From assembly GCA_965203925.1 (NCBI GenBank), contig OZ241924.1, positions 6,741,206-6,805,205 on the forward strand: a DNA stretch of 64,000 nt. The letters are read 5' to 3'. Source of the DNA: Bryobacterales bacterium. GTDB taxonomy: Bacteria; Acidobacteriota; Terriglobia; Bryobacterales; UBA6623. A model generated the notes under the pieces. The model saw nothing but the letters and a program-made list of their open reading frames with translations, was not told the origin of the DNA and did not search any database. The position numbers were made by a program, and so were the translations under genes. This document shows, one piece after another, positions 56,678 through 63,630 of the stretch. How positions within the stretch are numbered: the first letter of the stretch is position 1; every line of letters begins with the position of its first letter.

Positions 56678-57637
56678 TCATGATGGGGTCCGGTTGGCCT
56701 GGTGCCGGTTACCAAGCTTTCCGTCGAGGGGGGTGCGGGCAACACTCCCCTCGGTTTTTTCCTGCGCCAGTTCGCGAAGGAGGGAATCCTTGCGGTGGGC
56801 GCCCCTGACAATTCGCGCGAGGCGGTTGCGCCTGGCGGTGTTCCAAGCGGTGTAGTACCGCTCGGTGGTTTGCACGCTGCTGTGGCCCAGCAGGGTACTG
56901 ACGTCGTGCATGGCCACCCCCGAGAGGAGCAGCTCGACGGCAAAAGTGTCCCGCAGGCGGTGTGGGTGAAAGCCCTCGACACCCGCCGCGGTGGCGACCC
57001 CCCGGAGTCGCCGCCGCCAGTACTTCGTGCAGGTCTCACGGAGTGACCTGCCCGTCCAGAAGTAGTGCGGCCCGTACCGCTCGGGCAGACCCTCGAGCGC
57101 CGCTATCACAGGCGCCGGCAGCAGTACAGTCACGAGCTCGCCGCTCTTGGCGCGGCGCAGGACGAGCTCGCCACACTCCCTCAAATCGCTCCTCGGGAGG
57201 GTGACGGCGTCGCCGATCGCCAGCCCGGACCAGCGCATCAGCAGCATCAGCGCTCGCTCCGGGGAGCCCCCCGGCGCGGCCGCCAGAAGGCGCCGCATCT
57301 CGTCCCGCTCCAAGGGCAGTGTCTGCTTCTGTCGCGCCTTCGGGGGCCGTATGCGGGCCGCCGGGGACTGGTCGACCCAGCCTTCTTGCACGGCGTGGCG
57401 GTAGAACGCCTTGATCCGCCCCAGCTCTGTCCGCCGCGTGCTGGCGGCCAGGCCCCTCTCCTCGAGCCAATTCCGCAGCGCGTCGGCGTCGATCTGGTCG
57501 AGGTCGACCAGGTCGCGACGGTCGGCGTACGCCTCCAGCGACCGGAACGTGCACGCGTGTCCGGCACGGGTCGAGCGCCTCAGGTCTCGAGCCTTGAGGT
57601 CGCGCAGCCAGGCTTTCACCGCCGCGCCGAGCGTCAC
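56678..57637 (-). CDS. tyrosine recombinase / phage-type integrase
   Basis: RWSGLAIGD (Arg I), HPHRLRDTFA (H-x-x-R) and LLGHSSVQTTERYY (His/Tyr nucleophile). GTG at 57637 overlaps the resolvase stop (GTGA). The 840-aa ORF in the track is an artefactual fusion. Confidence 0.85.
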   Translation of the reverse strand: MTLGAAVKAWLRDLKARDLRRSTRAGHACTFRSLEAYADRRDLVDLDQIDADALRNWLEERGLAASTRRTELGRIKAFYRHAVQEGWVDQSPAARIRPPKARQKQTLPLERDEMRRLLAAAPGGSPERALMLLMRWSGLAIGDAVTLPRSDLRECGELVLRRAKSGELVTVLLPAPVIAALEGLPERYGPHYFWTGRSLRETCTKYWRRRLRGVATAAGVEGFHPHRLRDTFAVELLLSGVAMHDVSTLLGHSSVQTTERYYTAWNTARRNRLARIVRGAHRKDSLLRELAQEKTEGSVARTPLDGKLGNRHQANRTPS

Positions 57638-58230
57638 ACCGGGACTCCCTTGTGGATGCCCGGATAGGCGTCGGGGTCCCCGCCCGGGAACCACTTGTAG
57701 AGCGTCGAGACGTCGATGCCGAGGCTCTTGGCGATCTCGGTCCTGAGCAGGCGCTTGTCGCGCAGCAAGGCCTGCACCCTGCGGACGTGCTCGGGGTCGT
57801 GGAACGGCGACCGGCGCCCCCACAGCTCCCCCCGCTCGCGGGCGAGCCGGGCGGCGAGCCTGGTGCGCTCCCGCGCCAGGTCCGCCTCCATCTCGGCCAG
57901 CGCGGCGAACAGGACGAAGACCAGCCGCCCGCCGGGGGTGCCGGTGTCGATCGCCTCGGTCAGGGACACCAGCTGGCAGCCGCGCCGCTGCAGGCGCGCC
58001 GCCAGGTCGAGCATGTGGCGCACGGAGCGGGCCAGGCGGTCGAAGCGCCAAACGACCAGGCTGTCCCCGGGCCGCAGGAACTCCAGGCACTCGTCGAGCT
58101 GCTCGCGCGCCTCCAGGCGTCCGGAGGCCTTGTCCCGGAACACCCTCTCGCAGCCCTGCCCCTGCAGGGCGCGGAGCTGCGCCTCCGGGTCCTGGTCCAA
58201 CGTGCTCACGCGCGCGTATCCGACTCGCAT
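57634..58230 (-). CDS. serine recombinase (resolvase/invertase family)
   Basis: MRVGYARVSTLDQDPEAQ (catalytic Ser), VVWRFDRLARS, and a C-terminal HTH (RTEIAKSLGIDVSTLYKW). Confidence 0.9.
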   Translation of the reverse strand: MRVGYARVSTLDQDPEAQLRALQGQGCERVFRDKASGRLEAREQLDECLEFLRPGDSLVVWRFDRLARSVRHMLDLAARLQRRGCQLVSLTEAIDTGTPGGRLVFVLFAALAEMEADLARERTRLAARLARERGELWGRRSPFHDPEHVRRVQALLRDKRLLRTEIAKSLGIDVSTLYKWFPGGDPDAYPGIHKGVPV

Positions 58231-58270
58231 TGCCGATATCGCTCCTTCCCCGAAGTATAGGCGCAGGCCA

Positions 58271-58370
58271 TCGGCAAGCCCATCGGCAATGCCTCCGGGG
58301 CCTGTTCCGGGCCGTTCGGGGCCGCTCCCGGGACCGTTGCCGAAAGGACCCTTTCGGCAACGGTCGGCAA
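58271..58370. promoter_or_regulatory. res-like recombinase binding-site cluster
   Basis: TCGGCAA occurs at 58271, 58283, 58354 and 58364, and inverted (TTGCCGA) at 58337. The segment 58335-58362 is a 28-bp palindrome: CGTTGCCGAAAGG-AC-CCTTTCGGCAACG. The cluster starts 41 bp upstream of the resolvase start codon. Confidence 0.45.
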
Positions 58371-58439
58371 TGGCGCCGTATTAGAATCCGGCCAGTGCCG
58401 CGCATTCCAGGTGACGAGGCAGGGGAGCTCCGGGAGGCC

Positions 58440-58877
58440 ATGCGCGCGGCGCGCGCCAGATCGCTGCGCTTCGGCGAGATGCTGGCCCGCCATCTCCAGC
58501 GCAGGCAGTGGGTCCAGGGACTGTCCTTCGGGCTGTCGTCCGCAGCGGCGCTCGCGGTCCTCGCGGGGCCCTGGCCGCGGGTCGCGGCCGTGCTGGCGGG
58601 GGCCGTGGCGGTCGCGAACGCCTGGGGGGCTGCCGCCTGCCCGCACCAGGAGCTCGTCAGGCTCGCGGCGCTGAGGAGCGGCTGGGAGTCCCTGCGAATC
58701 GACTGCGGCAGCCTCTTGTCCAGCCGGCGCGGGGGCGGGGCGCGGGGGCGGTTCGACGCGCTGCAGCAGCGTGCCGACCGCCTCGGGTCACTGGCGAGTT
58801 CCGGAAGTCCCCGGAAACCGGGCGCGGCAGGGCGCTGGGAGCGCTTCGCGGGTTGCGGGACCGATCGGGAGGCCTGA
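58440..58877 (+). CDS. small 2-TM membrane protein
   Basis: MRAARARSLRFGEMLARHLQRRQW, then two hydrophobic helices (LSFGLSSAAALAVLAG and VAAVLAGAVAVANAWGAA), then a helical tail. An alternative in-frame GTG lies at 58395. The topology is reminiscent of SLATT-type domains, but this is speculative. Confidence 0.45.
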   Translation: MRAARARSLRFGEMLARHLQRRQWVQGLSFGLSSAAALAVLAGPWPRVAAVLAGAVAVANAWGAAACPHQELVRLAALRSGWESLRIDCGSLLSSRRGGGARGRFDALQQRADRLGSLASSGSPRKPGAAGRWERFAGCGTDREA

Positions 58878-58886
58878 GGCGCATCG

Positions 58887-59243
58887 ATGGCTGACGGCTC
58901 GATCGACGGCCGCCGGCCGGCCTGGGGCGGGCCGGGGCGGTTCGCTGCGGAGAAGGGGAGGATCGAGCGGCACCGGCGCGAGATGCAGCGCAGGCAGGCG
59001 GAGCATCTCGCCAGGCTGAAGCGCCGCGGCCGGCTGTTCGGTTTCTGGTTCGCCGCCCTGTCGGCCCTCGCAGCCCTGTCGGCGGCCGCAAGCGGCAGGC
59101 CGCTGCATGCTGCCGTCGTGGCGGCGGCCGCCGCCGCCATGTTCGCCCTCCTGCGCGGCGCGTGGAGCAGCGCACCACCCCTGCCTGAGGCCAGGCCCAT
59201 CGGCCCGCCGCCTGCGCCGCGGAAGCCTACAATGGGCTCCTGA
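58887..59243 (+). CDS. small 2-TM membrane protein
   Basis: Basic coiled segment RIERHRREMQRRQAEHLARLKRRGR, then LFGFWFAALSALAALSAAA and LHAAVVAAAAAAMFALL. It starts 9 nt after the upstream gene and overlaps the next gene with TGATG. Confidence 0.45.
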   Translation: MADGSIDGRRPAWGGPGRFAAEKGRIERHRREMQRRQAEHLARLKRRGRLFGFWFAALSALAALSAAASGRPLHAAVVAAAAAAMFALLRGAWSSAPPLPEARPIGPPPAPRKPTMGS

Positions 59244-59548
59244 TGCCCGATTCCCCGACGCCGCAGCCGGACTCCAAGCTCCTGTTCGACCTGCTCTTGG
59301 ACTTGAAGATGGAGCCGGGGGGCGCCTATACTTTCACTCAGGAGGTCGGGAACATGGCCGCCGCCAATCTCATCGCCCGCTTCGAGTCCAAGCTCGATGC
59401 GCAGGGCTCTCGCTTCGACTCCAGGCTCGAGGCCCAGAACACGCAGACGGCCTCGCTGAAGTCCGAGATTGCCTCGCTCCGCTGGATGATCGGCCTCGGG
59501 TTCACCCTGCTGGCCCTGCTCATCACCCTGCTTCGCTTCCTAGGCTGA
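59243..59548 (+). CDS. DUF1640-like coiled-coil protein with C-terminal TM anchor
   Basis: LLFDLLLDLKMEPGGAYTFTQEV... coiled coil ...WMIGLGFTLLALLITLLRF. It is a paralogue of the gene at 62937-63203. Confidence 0.55.
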   Translation: MPDSPTPQPDSKLLFDLLLDLKMEPGGAYTFTQEVGNMAAANLIARFESKLDAQGSRFDSRLEAQNTQTASLKSEIASLRWMIGLGFTLLALLITLLRFLG

Positions 59549-59562
59549 GCCCGGCCCGGTTC

Positions 59563-59958
59563 TTAGCCGGCCTCGCCGGGCTTGCGAAAGGCCCATACGA
59601 CGGCCAGCGCCGCGCCGGCGATCAGCGCGAACAGCCCAGTCCGGATCCAGCCGACCCCCGCGAGGATGAGGCCGGCCAGGGTCAGCAGCGTGCCGGGGAC
59701 GACCATGCGGAGGGTGTTGCCGTGAGGCATCAGCCGGATGGCGTCGTCGCGGCCGCGAAACCCCGACGCGGCGATCAGCGCCGCGGCGACGCCCCATGCG
59801 CACCAACCCGTCCGGATCCAGCCGACTTCCATAAGGATCGGGACGGCAAACATCAGCAACAGGCCGGGGACGAGCATTCTGATGTCGCACCTGCGCCGGG
59901 CCGCCACCGGCGCTGGCAGTCCGGCCTCGTCACGTGTCTCTCCCGGCGAGCGCGTCAT
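59563..59958 (-). CDS. 4-TM membrane protein with internal duplication
   Basis: IRMLVPGLLLMFAVPILMEVGWIRTGWCAWGVAAALIAASGFR is repeated as LRMVVPGTLLTLAGLILAGVGWIRTGLFALIAGAALAVVWAFR. Confidence 0.55.
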   Translation of the reverse strand: MTRSPGETRDEAGLPAPVAARRRCDIRMLVPGLLLMFAVPILMEVGWIRTGWCAWGVAAALIAASGFRGRDDAIRLMPHGNTLRMVVPGTLLTLAGLILAGVGWIRTGLFALIAGAALAVVWAFRKPGEAG

Positions 59959-60105
59959 GGCTCAAGCCTAATCGGCGGGAGCTTCCCCACCGGAGGCTCT
60001 CCGCTCAGGCCACGGCCGCAATGGCCCGCAAGGTCGCGACGGGCATCGACCCTCCGGTCCGCCCGGCCCGCCCTGTCGCGGCCGCTGAGCCCGTATCTGT
60101 AACAG

Positions 60106-60162
60106 ATAGCATGTTACGATACAGGGAGTGATTGGGCCGGAATGTGTAACGTAACATGCTAT
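60106..60162. promoter_or_regulatory. 13-bp perfect inverted repeat in an AT-rich divergent promoter region
   Basis: ATAGCATGTTACG (60106-60118) and CGTAACATGCTAT (60150-60162), with a 31-bp spacer. Extra GTAAC copies lie at 60099, 60146 and 60163. Confidence 0.4.
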
Positions 60163-60212
60163 GTAACTACTCTGACTCGACATCCGTCTCATGTTGCAGG
60201 AGGTGGCTCACG

Positions 60213-60452
60213 ATGGCAGGAAGGGATTGGCGTGACCCGGACGGGACGCTCCGCACCTGGAGCATCCAGAGGCGCGATCCGGTCTCGTGGCTGTGGGGGA
60301 CCGTGCGCAGGTCGCGCGGCTCCTACCGGCAGGCCTGCCTGCTGGCTGATGAGCTGGAGCACCGGGAGGAGTGCCTGGCCTACCCGCGCCGCTGGCCCGA
60401 GCCCGAACCCGCCGCCTGGCGCGTGGTCAGCGACGAGCACGAGACGGCATGA
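60213..60452 (+). CDS. small hypothetical protein (79 aa), paralogue of 60496-60783
   Basis: AGGAGG lies 9 nt upstream. MAGRDWRDPDGTLRTWSIQRRDPVSWLWGTVRR...ACLLADEL...AAWRVVSDEHE. Confidence 0.5.
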   Translation: MAGRDWRDPDGTLRTWSIQRRDPVSWLWGTVRRSRGSYRQACLLADELEHREECLAYPRRWPEPEPAAWRVVSDEHETA

Positions 60453-60467
60453 TAAGCGCGGGGCACG

Positions 60468-60500
60468 CCCGGGCGGGACTGGCAGGAGGACGACCATGGA
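60468..60500. repeat. 33-bp duplicated leader, copy 1 (CCCGGGCGGGACTGGCAGGAGGACGACCATGGA)
   Basis: Identical to 60769-60801 except for one base (G/A). It contains the SD and ATG of the downstream gene. Confidence 0.8.
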
Positions 60501-60783
60501 GAAACGGGACAGACCCGAGCGGGTGCACAAGATGACCTGGGCAATCCAGTCGCGCGATCGGCTCACGGGCCGAAGGTGGCGGACAGTGCGGGAGGGGATC
60601 GCGACCGCCGAGGAGGCCTGCGAATTGGCCCTGGACTACCCCGGGAACTGGGGCTGGACGTCGTGGCGCGTGGTCAGCGAGGAGCGCGAGGGTCTCGCGG
60701 CTGGCGGCGTCGTTGAGCCCCCTGGCGGGTGGCGAGCGTGGAGGAGACGGCTGACGCGCCCGGGCCGGCCCGGGCGGGACTGA
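60496..60783 (+). CDS. small hypothetical protein (95 aa), paralogue of 60213-60452
   Basis: MEKRDRPERVHKMTWAIQSRDRLTGRRWRTVREG...ACELALDY...TSWRVVSEEREG shares the W-x-IQ-x-RD...W-x-TVR...AC-x-LA...WRVVS-[DE]-E pattern. Confidence 0.5.
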   Translation: MEKRDRPERVHKMTWAIQSRDRLTGRRWRTVREGIATAEEACELALDYPGNWGWTSWRVVSEEREGLAAGGVVEPPGGWRAWRRRLTRPGRPGRD

Positions 60784-60801
60784 CAGGAGGACGACCATGG
60801 A
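60769..60801. repeat. 33-bp duplicated leader, copy 2
   Basis: CCCGGGCGGGACTGACAGGAGGACGACCATGGA. The TGA inside it is the stop of the upstream gene, and the ATG is the start of the KfrA-like gene. Confidence 0.8.
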
Positions 60802-61384
60802 CAAGCCGGAGATCTTCGAGGCCTGCGAGCGGATCGCGGAGGGGGGCGGCAAGCTCACCGTGCGGTCGCTGCGCGACGAGCTGGGGCGGGGCAGCTTCAG
60901 CGAGCTGGGGCCCGCCCTGCGGGAGTGGAAGCGGGAGCGCGCCAGGCAGCCCCCCGCGGGCGCGCCCGTTCCGGACGACGTCGCCGAACTGGGGGGCGGC
61001 CTGGCCCTGCAGCTGTGGAAGCTGGCCCTCGCCCAGTCCGAGGAGCGGCTGGCGGCCGAGCGGGGGGCGCTGCAGGAGGCGCGCGAAGAGCTGGAGGCCG
61101 AGCGCTCCGAGGCGGAGCGCTTCGCCGACGAGATGGAGGCCCAGATGCGCGAGCACGCGGCCCGGGCGGAGGCGGCCGGGCGCAAGGCCGAGGAGACTGC
61201 CAAGGAGGCCGCGGCCCGGGAGGCGTGGCTCAAGGAGCGCCTCGACAAGGCCCAGGCGGAGGCCCGGGAGGCCCGGGCCCGCGAGGCGGAGATCCGCGCG
61301 GCCGCCGCGCGTTCGGAGGGGCAGGCCGAGGCCCTGAAGGCGCAGGTCGCGGCGCTGACGGAGCGGTTGGGGGAGCGCTCGTGA
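60797..61384 (+). CDS. KfrA-like DNA-binding protein (N-terminal HTH-like domain + long E/A/R coiled coil)
   Basis: IFEACERIAEGGGKLTVRSLRDELGRGSFSELGPALREWK resembles the KfrA_N plasmid DNA-binding domain. The rest is an alanine/glutamate/arginine coiled coil. Confidence 0.65.
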   Translation: MDKPEIFEACERIAEGGGKLTVRSLRDELGRGSFSELGPALREWKRERARQPPAGAPVPDDVAELGGGLALQLWKLALAQSEERLAAERGALQEAREELEAERSEAERFADEMEAQMREHAARAEAAGRKAEETAKEAAAREAWLKERLDKAQAEAREARAREAEIRAAAARSEGQAEALKAQVAALTERLGERS

Positions 61385-61480
61385 AGGCCGCCGGCGGCAA
61401 TCTGCGCCGCGCCCCCCCGCAGCCCCAAGAATGCGCAGTTGCGATCCTCAGCACGCGCGGGCGCCGCTATTCAGTGCGGA

Positions 61481-61753
61481 ATGTGCCATTCTGGGTGCAT
61501 GGCCGTCCTGACCGTCCATGCGGACCGGACCTACGACTGGCGCTGCGACGGCTGCCGGGGGGTCTGGCGGCGCTACGGTCCGCACAGGGGTCCGCGCAGG
61601 CGGTTCTGCAAAGCATGCCAGAACCTGCGGGCCTACGCCCGGAAGGTGCCGCTGGACCGGCGCAGGCGGTTCACGCACGGGTCGGCGCGGTATGCCCGGG
61701 CGACCGGGCAGGAGTTCGGAATCCGCACTGAACAGCGCTCGGCCGACCCTTGA
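61481..61753 (+). CDS. small Cys-rich (zinc-ribbon-like) basic protein
   Basis: MCHSGC...WRCDGCRGVW...FCKACQ gives CxxxC/CxxC/CxxC spacing. The start and the reality of the gene are both uncertain. Confidence 0.3.
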   Translation: MCHSGCMAVLTVHADRTYDWRCDGCRGVWRRYGPHRGPRRRFCKACQNLRAYARKVPLDRRRRFTHGSARYARATGQEFGIRTEQRSADP

Positions 61754-62199
61754 TCAGTGCGGTATCCCCGGTTGGCGTGGCGATCGCCGCGGCCGGCAGG
61801 AGCGAGGCAGCGCGGAGCGAGCGGGCGGCGGCTGGCGGTTCCTACGGGTAGATGGCCGCGGAGGCCCCGATCGGGCGTCACCCATAGCTCAGGCCCGCCC
61901 GAAACAGTAACTGCCCGGGCAGGCCTCGGCGCGATCGCGCGCTCCGCGGAGGACCTCCGGCCGCTGCAGCGAACCCGGCCTTGCGCTACGCATAGCGACA
62001 GTAAGGCCTCACGCGCGCGGTGTCCGCGAAACCTGCCCCAAGCCGGGAAAAGGGCGCAAATCCGGAGAATCGGCATCGTCAGGACCGCCCAGGATCGACG
62101 ATCTCCGGCGGGGCTGCACTTGGCCGCACGGCAGGTCAATCTGGGGGACGGCGCCAGCCCGCTGCTGGTAGGATGGCGGTCGTGCGGCGCGGGCGGGGC

Positions 62200-62511
62200 A
62201 TGTCGGACAGCATTGGCGTGGCAGGCCTCACGCTGGCGGTCCTCATGTCCGGCGTGATGATAGCCATCGCCACGCTCGGCGCGGCGGCCCCGGAGGCCGG
62301 CGCGGAAGGCGCGGCCCTGCGGCGCCCCGCGGCGGAGTGCCGCTGGGAGCTCGTGGAGGTCGGCGCGGCGGCGGGCTGGCGCGGGGTACTCGAGTCGTGG
62401 CCCGTCCAGGCCCCGGCCCCCCTCGTGCTGCTCGACCAGTGCTCCGGAGAGACTTGGCTGGCCGCCCGCGGCCCGTCGGGCCTCGAGTGGCGGGAGGTTC
62501 CCAGGCGCTAG
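62200..62511 (+). CDS. small secreted/anchored hypothetical protein
   Basis: MSDSIGVAGLTLAVLMSGVMIAIATLGAAAPEA is signal/anchor-like. An alternative ATG lies at 62173. Confidence 0.4.
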   Translation: MSDSIGVAGLTLAVLMSGVMIAIATLGAAAPEAGAEGAALRRPAAECRWELVEVGAAAGWRGVLESWPVQAPAPLVLLDQCSGETWLAARGPSGLEWREVPRR

Positions 62512-62924
62512 CCGGAGGGGGCGACTGGCTTCTCCGGAGACTCCTCGGCCTTGGGCAGCCACAAGCGGTCCCTCGCCGACTCAAAGTAGGCGCGGCACCA
62601 CAGGAACGGCGCCTCGGCCCGGGCCCGCTCCCCGACTTCCAGGCGGGAGAGCCCCTCCGTCCCGGCCGGCCGGTAGCGCGCCAGGACGGCCGCGGCCTCC
62701 CCGAGCCGGGTTGCGTGCGGCGCCCAGTCCCACCGCGCGGCAGCGGCCCACACGATCGCCGAGCCGTCGGAGAACTCGCAGCGCCGCGCCTGGCGGTCCC
62801 CGGACTGCGTGACAAAGTCCGGCAAGTCCGGTTCCTCCCCCGCCTGCAGCCGGGCCGCCCAGCGCTCGGCCTCCGTCGCGGCTCCGGACGGGGATCCCTT
62901 GGCGCCGTCCTGAGCGGGATCCAC
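62508..62924 (-). CDS. hypothetical protein, 'F-x-DGSAIV' family, copy 1
   Basis: RRCEFSDGSAIVWAAAARWDWAPHATRLGEAAAVL aligns with 63631-63951 (TRWQFPDGSAIVERGGAWEFGVHRTRLRAAAARL). Confidence 0.5.
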   Translation of the reverse strand: MDPAQDGAKGSPSGAATEAERWAARLQAGEEPDLPDFVTQSGDRQARRCEFSDGSAIVWAAAARWDWAPHATRLGEAAAVLARYRPAGTEGLSRLEVGERARAEAPFLWCRAYFESARDRLWLPKAEESPEKPVAPSG

Positions 62925-62936
62925 CTTCTGCCGCGC

Positions 62937-63203
62937 CTACTCTGCCCCCATCCGGAGGATGGCCACGAGGGCAAGAACGGCCGCGACGGCGGCACAGACG
63001 AGGATCACCAGCCGCTGGAATCCCCCCAGCCCGGATTCCAGGGCGTCGATCCGGGCCTCGACGCGGGCCTCGACGCGGGTGATGAAGTTCTCCGCCGCCA
63101 TGTGCCGCACCTCCCGCACGCAGGCATAGGCCTCCTTGGGGTCGGCGCCCATCTTGACCAGCAGGTCGAAGAGGCGGCTGTCGTCCGGCGGGGCGTGCCT
63201 CAT
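62937..63203 (-). CDS. DUF1640-like coiled-coil protein with C-terminal TM anchor
   Basis: SRLFDLLVKMGADPKEAYACVREVRHMAAENFITRVEARVEARIDALE...LVILVCAAVAAVLALVAIL. Its start overlaps the ssb stop by 4 nt. Confidence 0.6.
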   Translation of the reverse strand: MRHAPPDDSRLFDLLVKMGADPKEAYACVREVRHMAAENFITRVEARVEARIDALESGLGGFQRLVILVCAAVAAVLALVAILRMGAE

Positions 63204-63574
63204 GCGGAGGGCCTCATGCCGCTTCCCGCTGCCCGGTGCGGCGGCTTCCTGGGGGTCAGCACGACGACGTCCCTCGCGCGGCAGGCCACCTCGGTCCGCC
63301 AGCGCGTCTCGCCGTCCTGGTCCCAGCTGCGCGTGCGCAGCCGGCCGCTTACGTGCAGCCGGACGCCCTTGCGCAGCATCGGCCGGAGGGGCCCGGCGTC
63401 CCAGATCGTCACGTCGTGCCACTCCGTGGCCTCGGCCCACCCGCCGTCCGCGCCCCTGGCGGGGCGGTTCGTGGCAAGCCGCACGTGCGCGACGGGCGTG
63501 CCGTCGGCGTCGCGCCAGGTCGGGGCCTGCCCGACGTTGCCGAGCAGGAAGACCTGGTTCACGGAGACTGCCAT
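63200..63574 (-). CDS. ssb: single-stranded DNA-binding protein (OB fold), no acidic C-terminal tip
   Basis: VNQVFLLGNVGQAPTWR...VRLATN...TEWHDVTIW...LRKGVRLHVSGRLRTRSWDQDGETRWRTEV. It ends ...RAAGSGMRPSA rather than with the D-D-D-I-P-F type tail. Confidence 0.8.
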   Translation of the reverse strand: MAVSVNQVFLLGNVGQAPTWRDADGTPVAHVRLATNRPARGADGGWAEATEWHDVTIWDAGPLRPMLRKGVRLHVSGRLRTRSWDQDGETRWRTEVACRARDVVVLTPRKPPHRAAGSGMRPSA

Positions 63575-63630
63575 GGCCCGATAGTCCCACGGCCGGGCCG
63601 CGCTGGCCAGCGATGAGTCCGGCCCGCGCC

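Noticed and set aside
56678-59200. 840-aa minus-strand ORF spanning integrase, resolvase and beyond
   Set aside because: Only its last ~320 codons carry integrase motifs. The resolvase gene is in a different frame within it. The upstream ~520 codons are Arg/Ala/Pro/Gly-rich, which is typical of an open frame in very GC-rich DNA, and they run antisense to better plus-strand genes.
61633-62562. 309-aa minus-strand ORF inside the element
   Set aside because: Its composition is extreme (R/G/A/P) and it overlaps better-supported small plus-strand ORFs. No motif found. Treated as non-coding or artefact.
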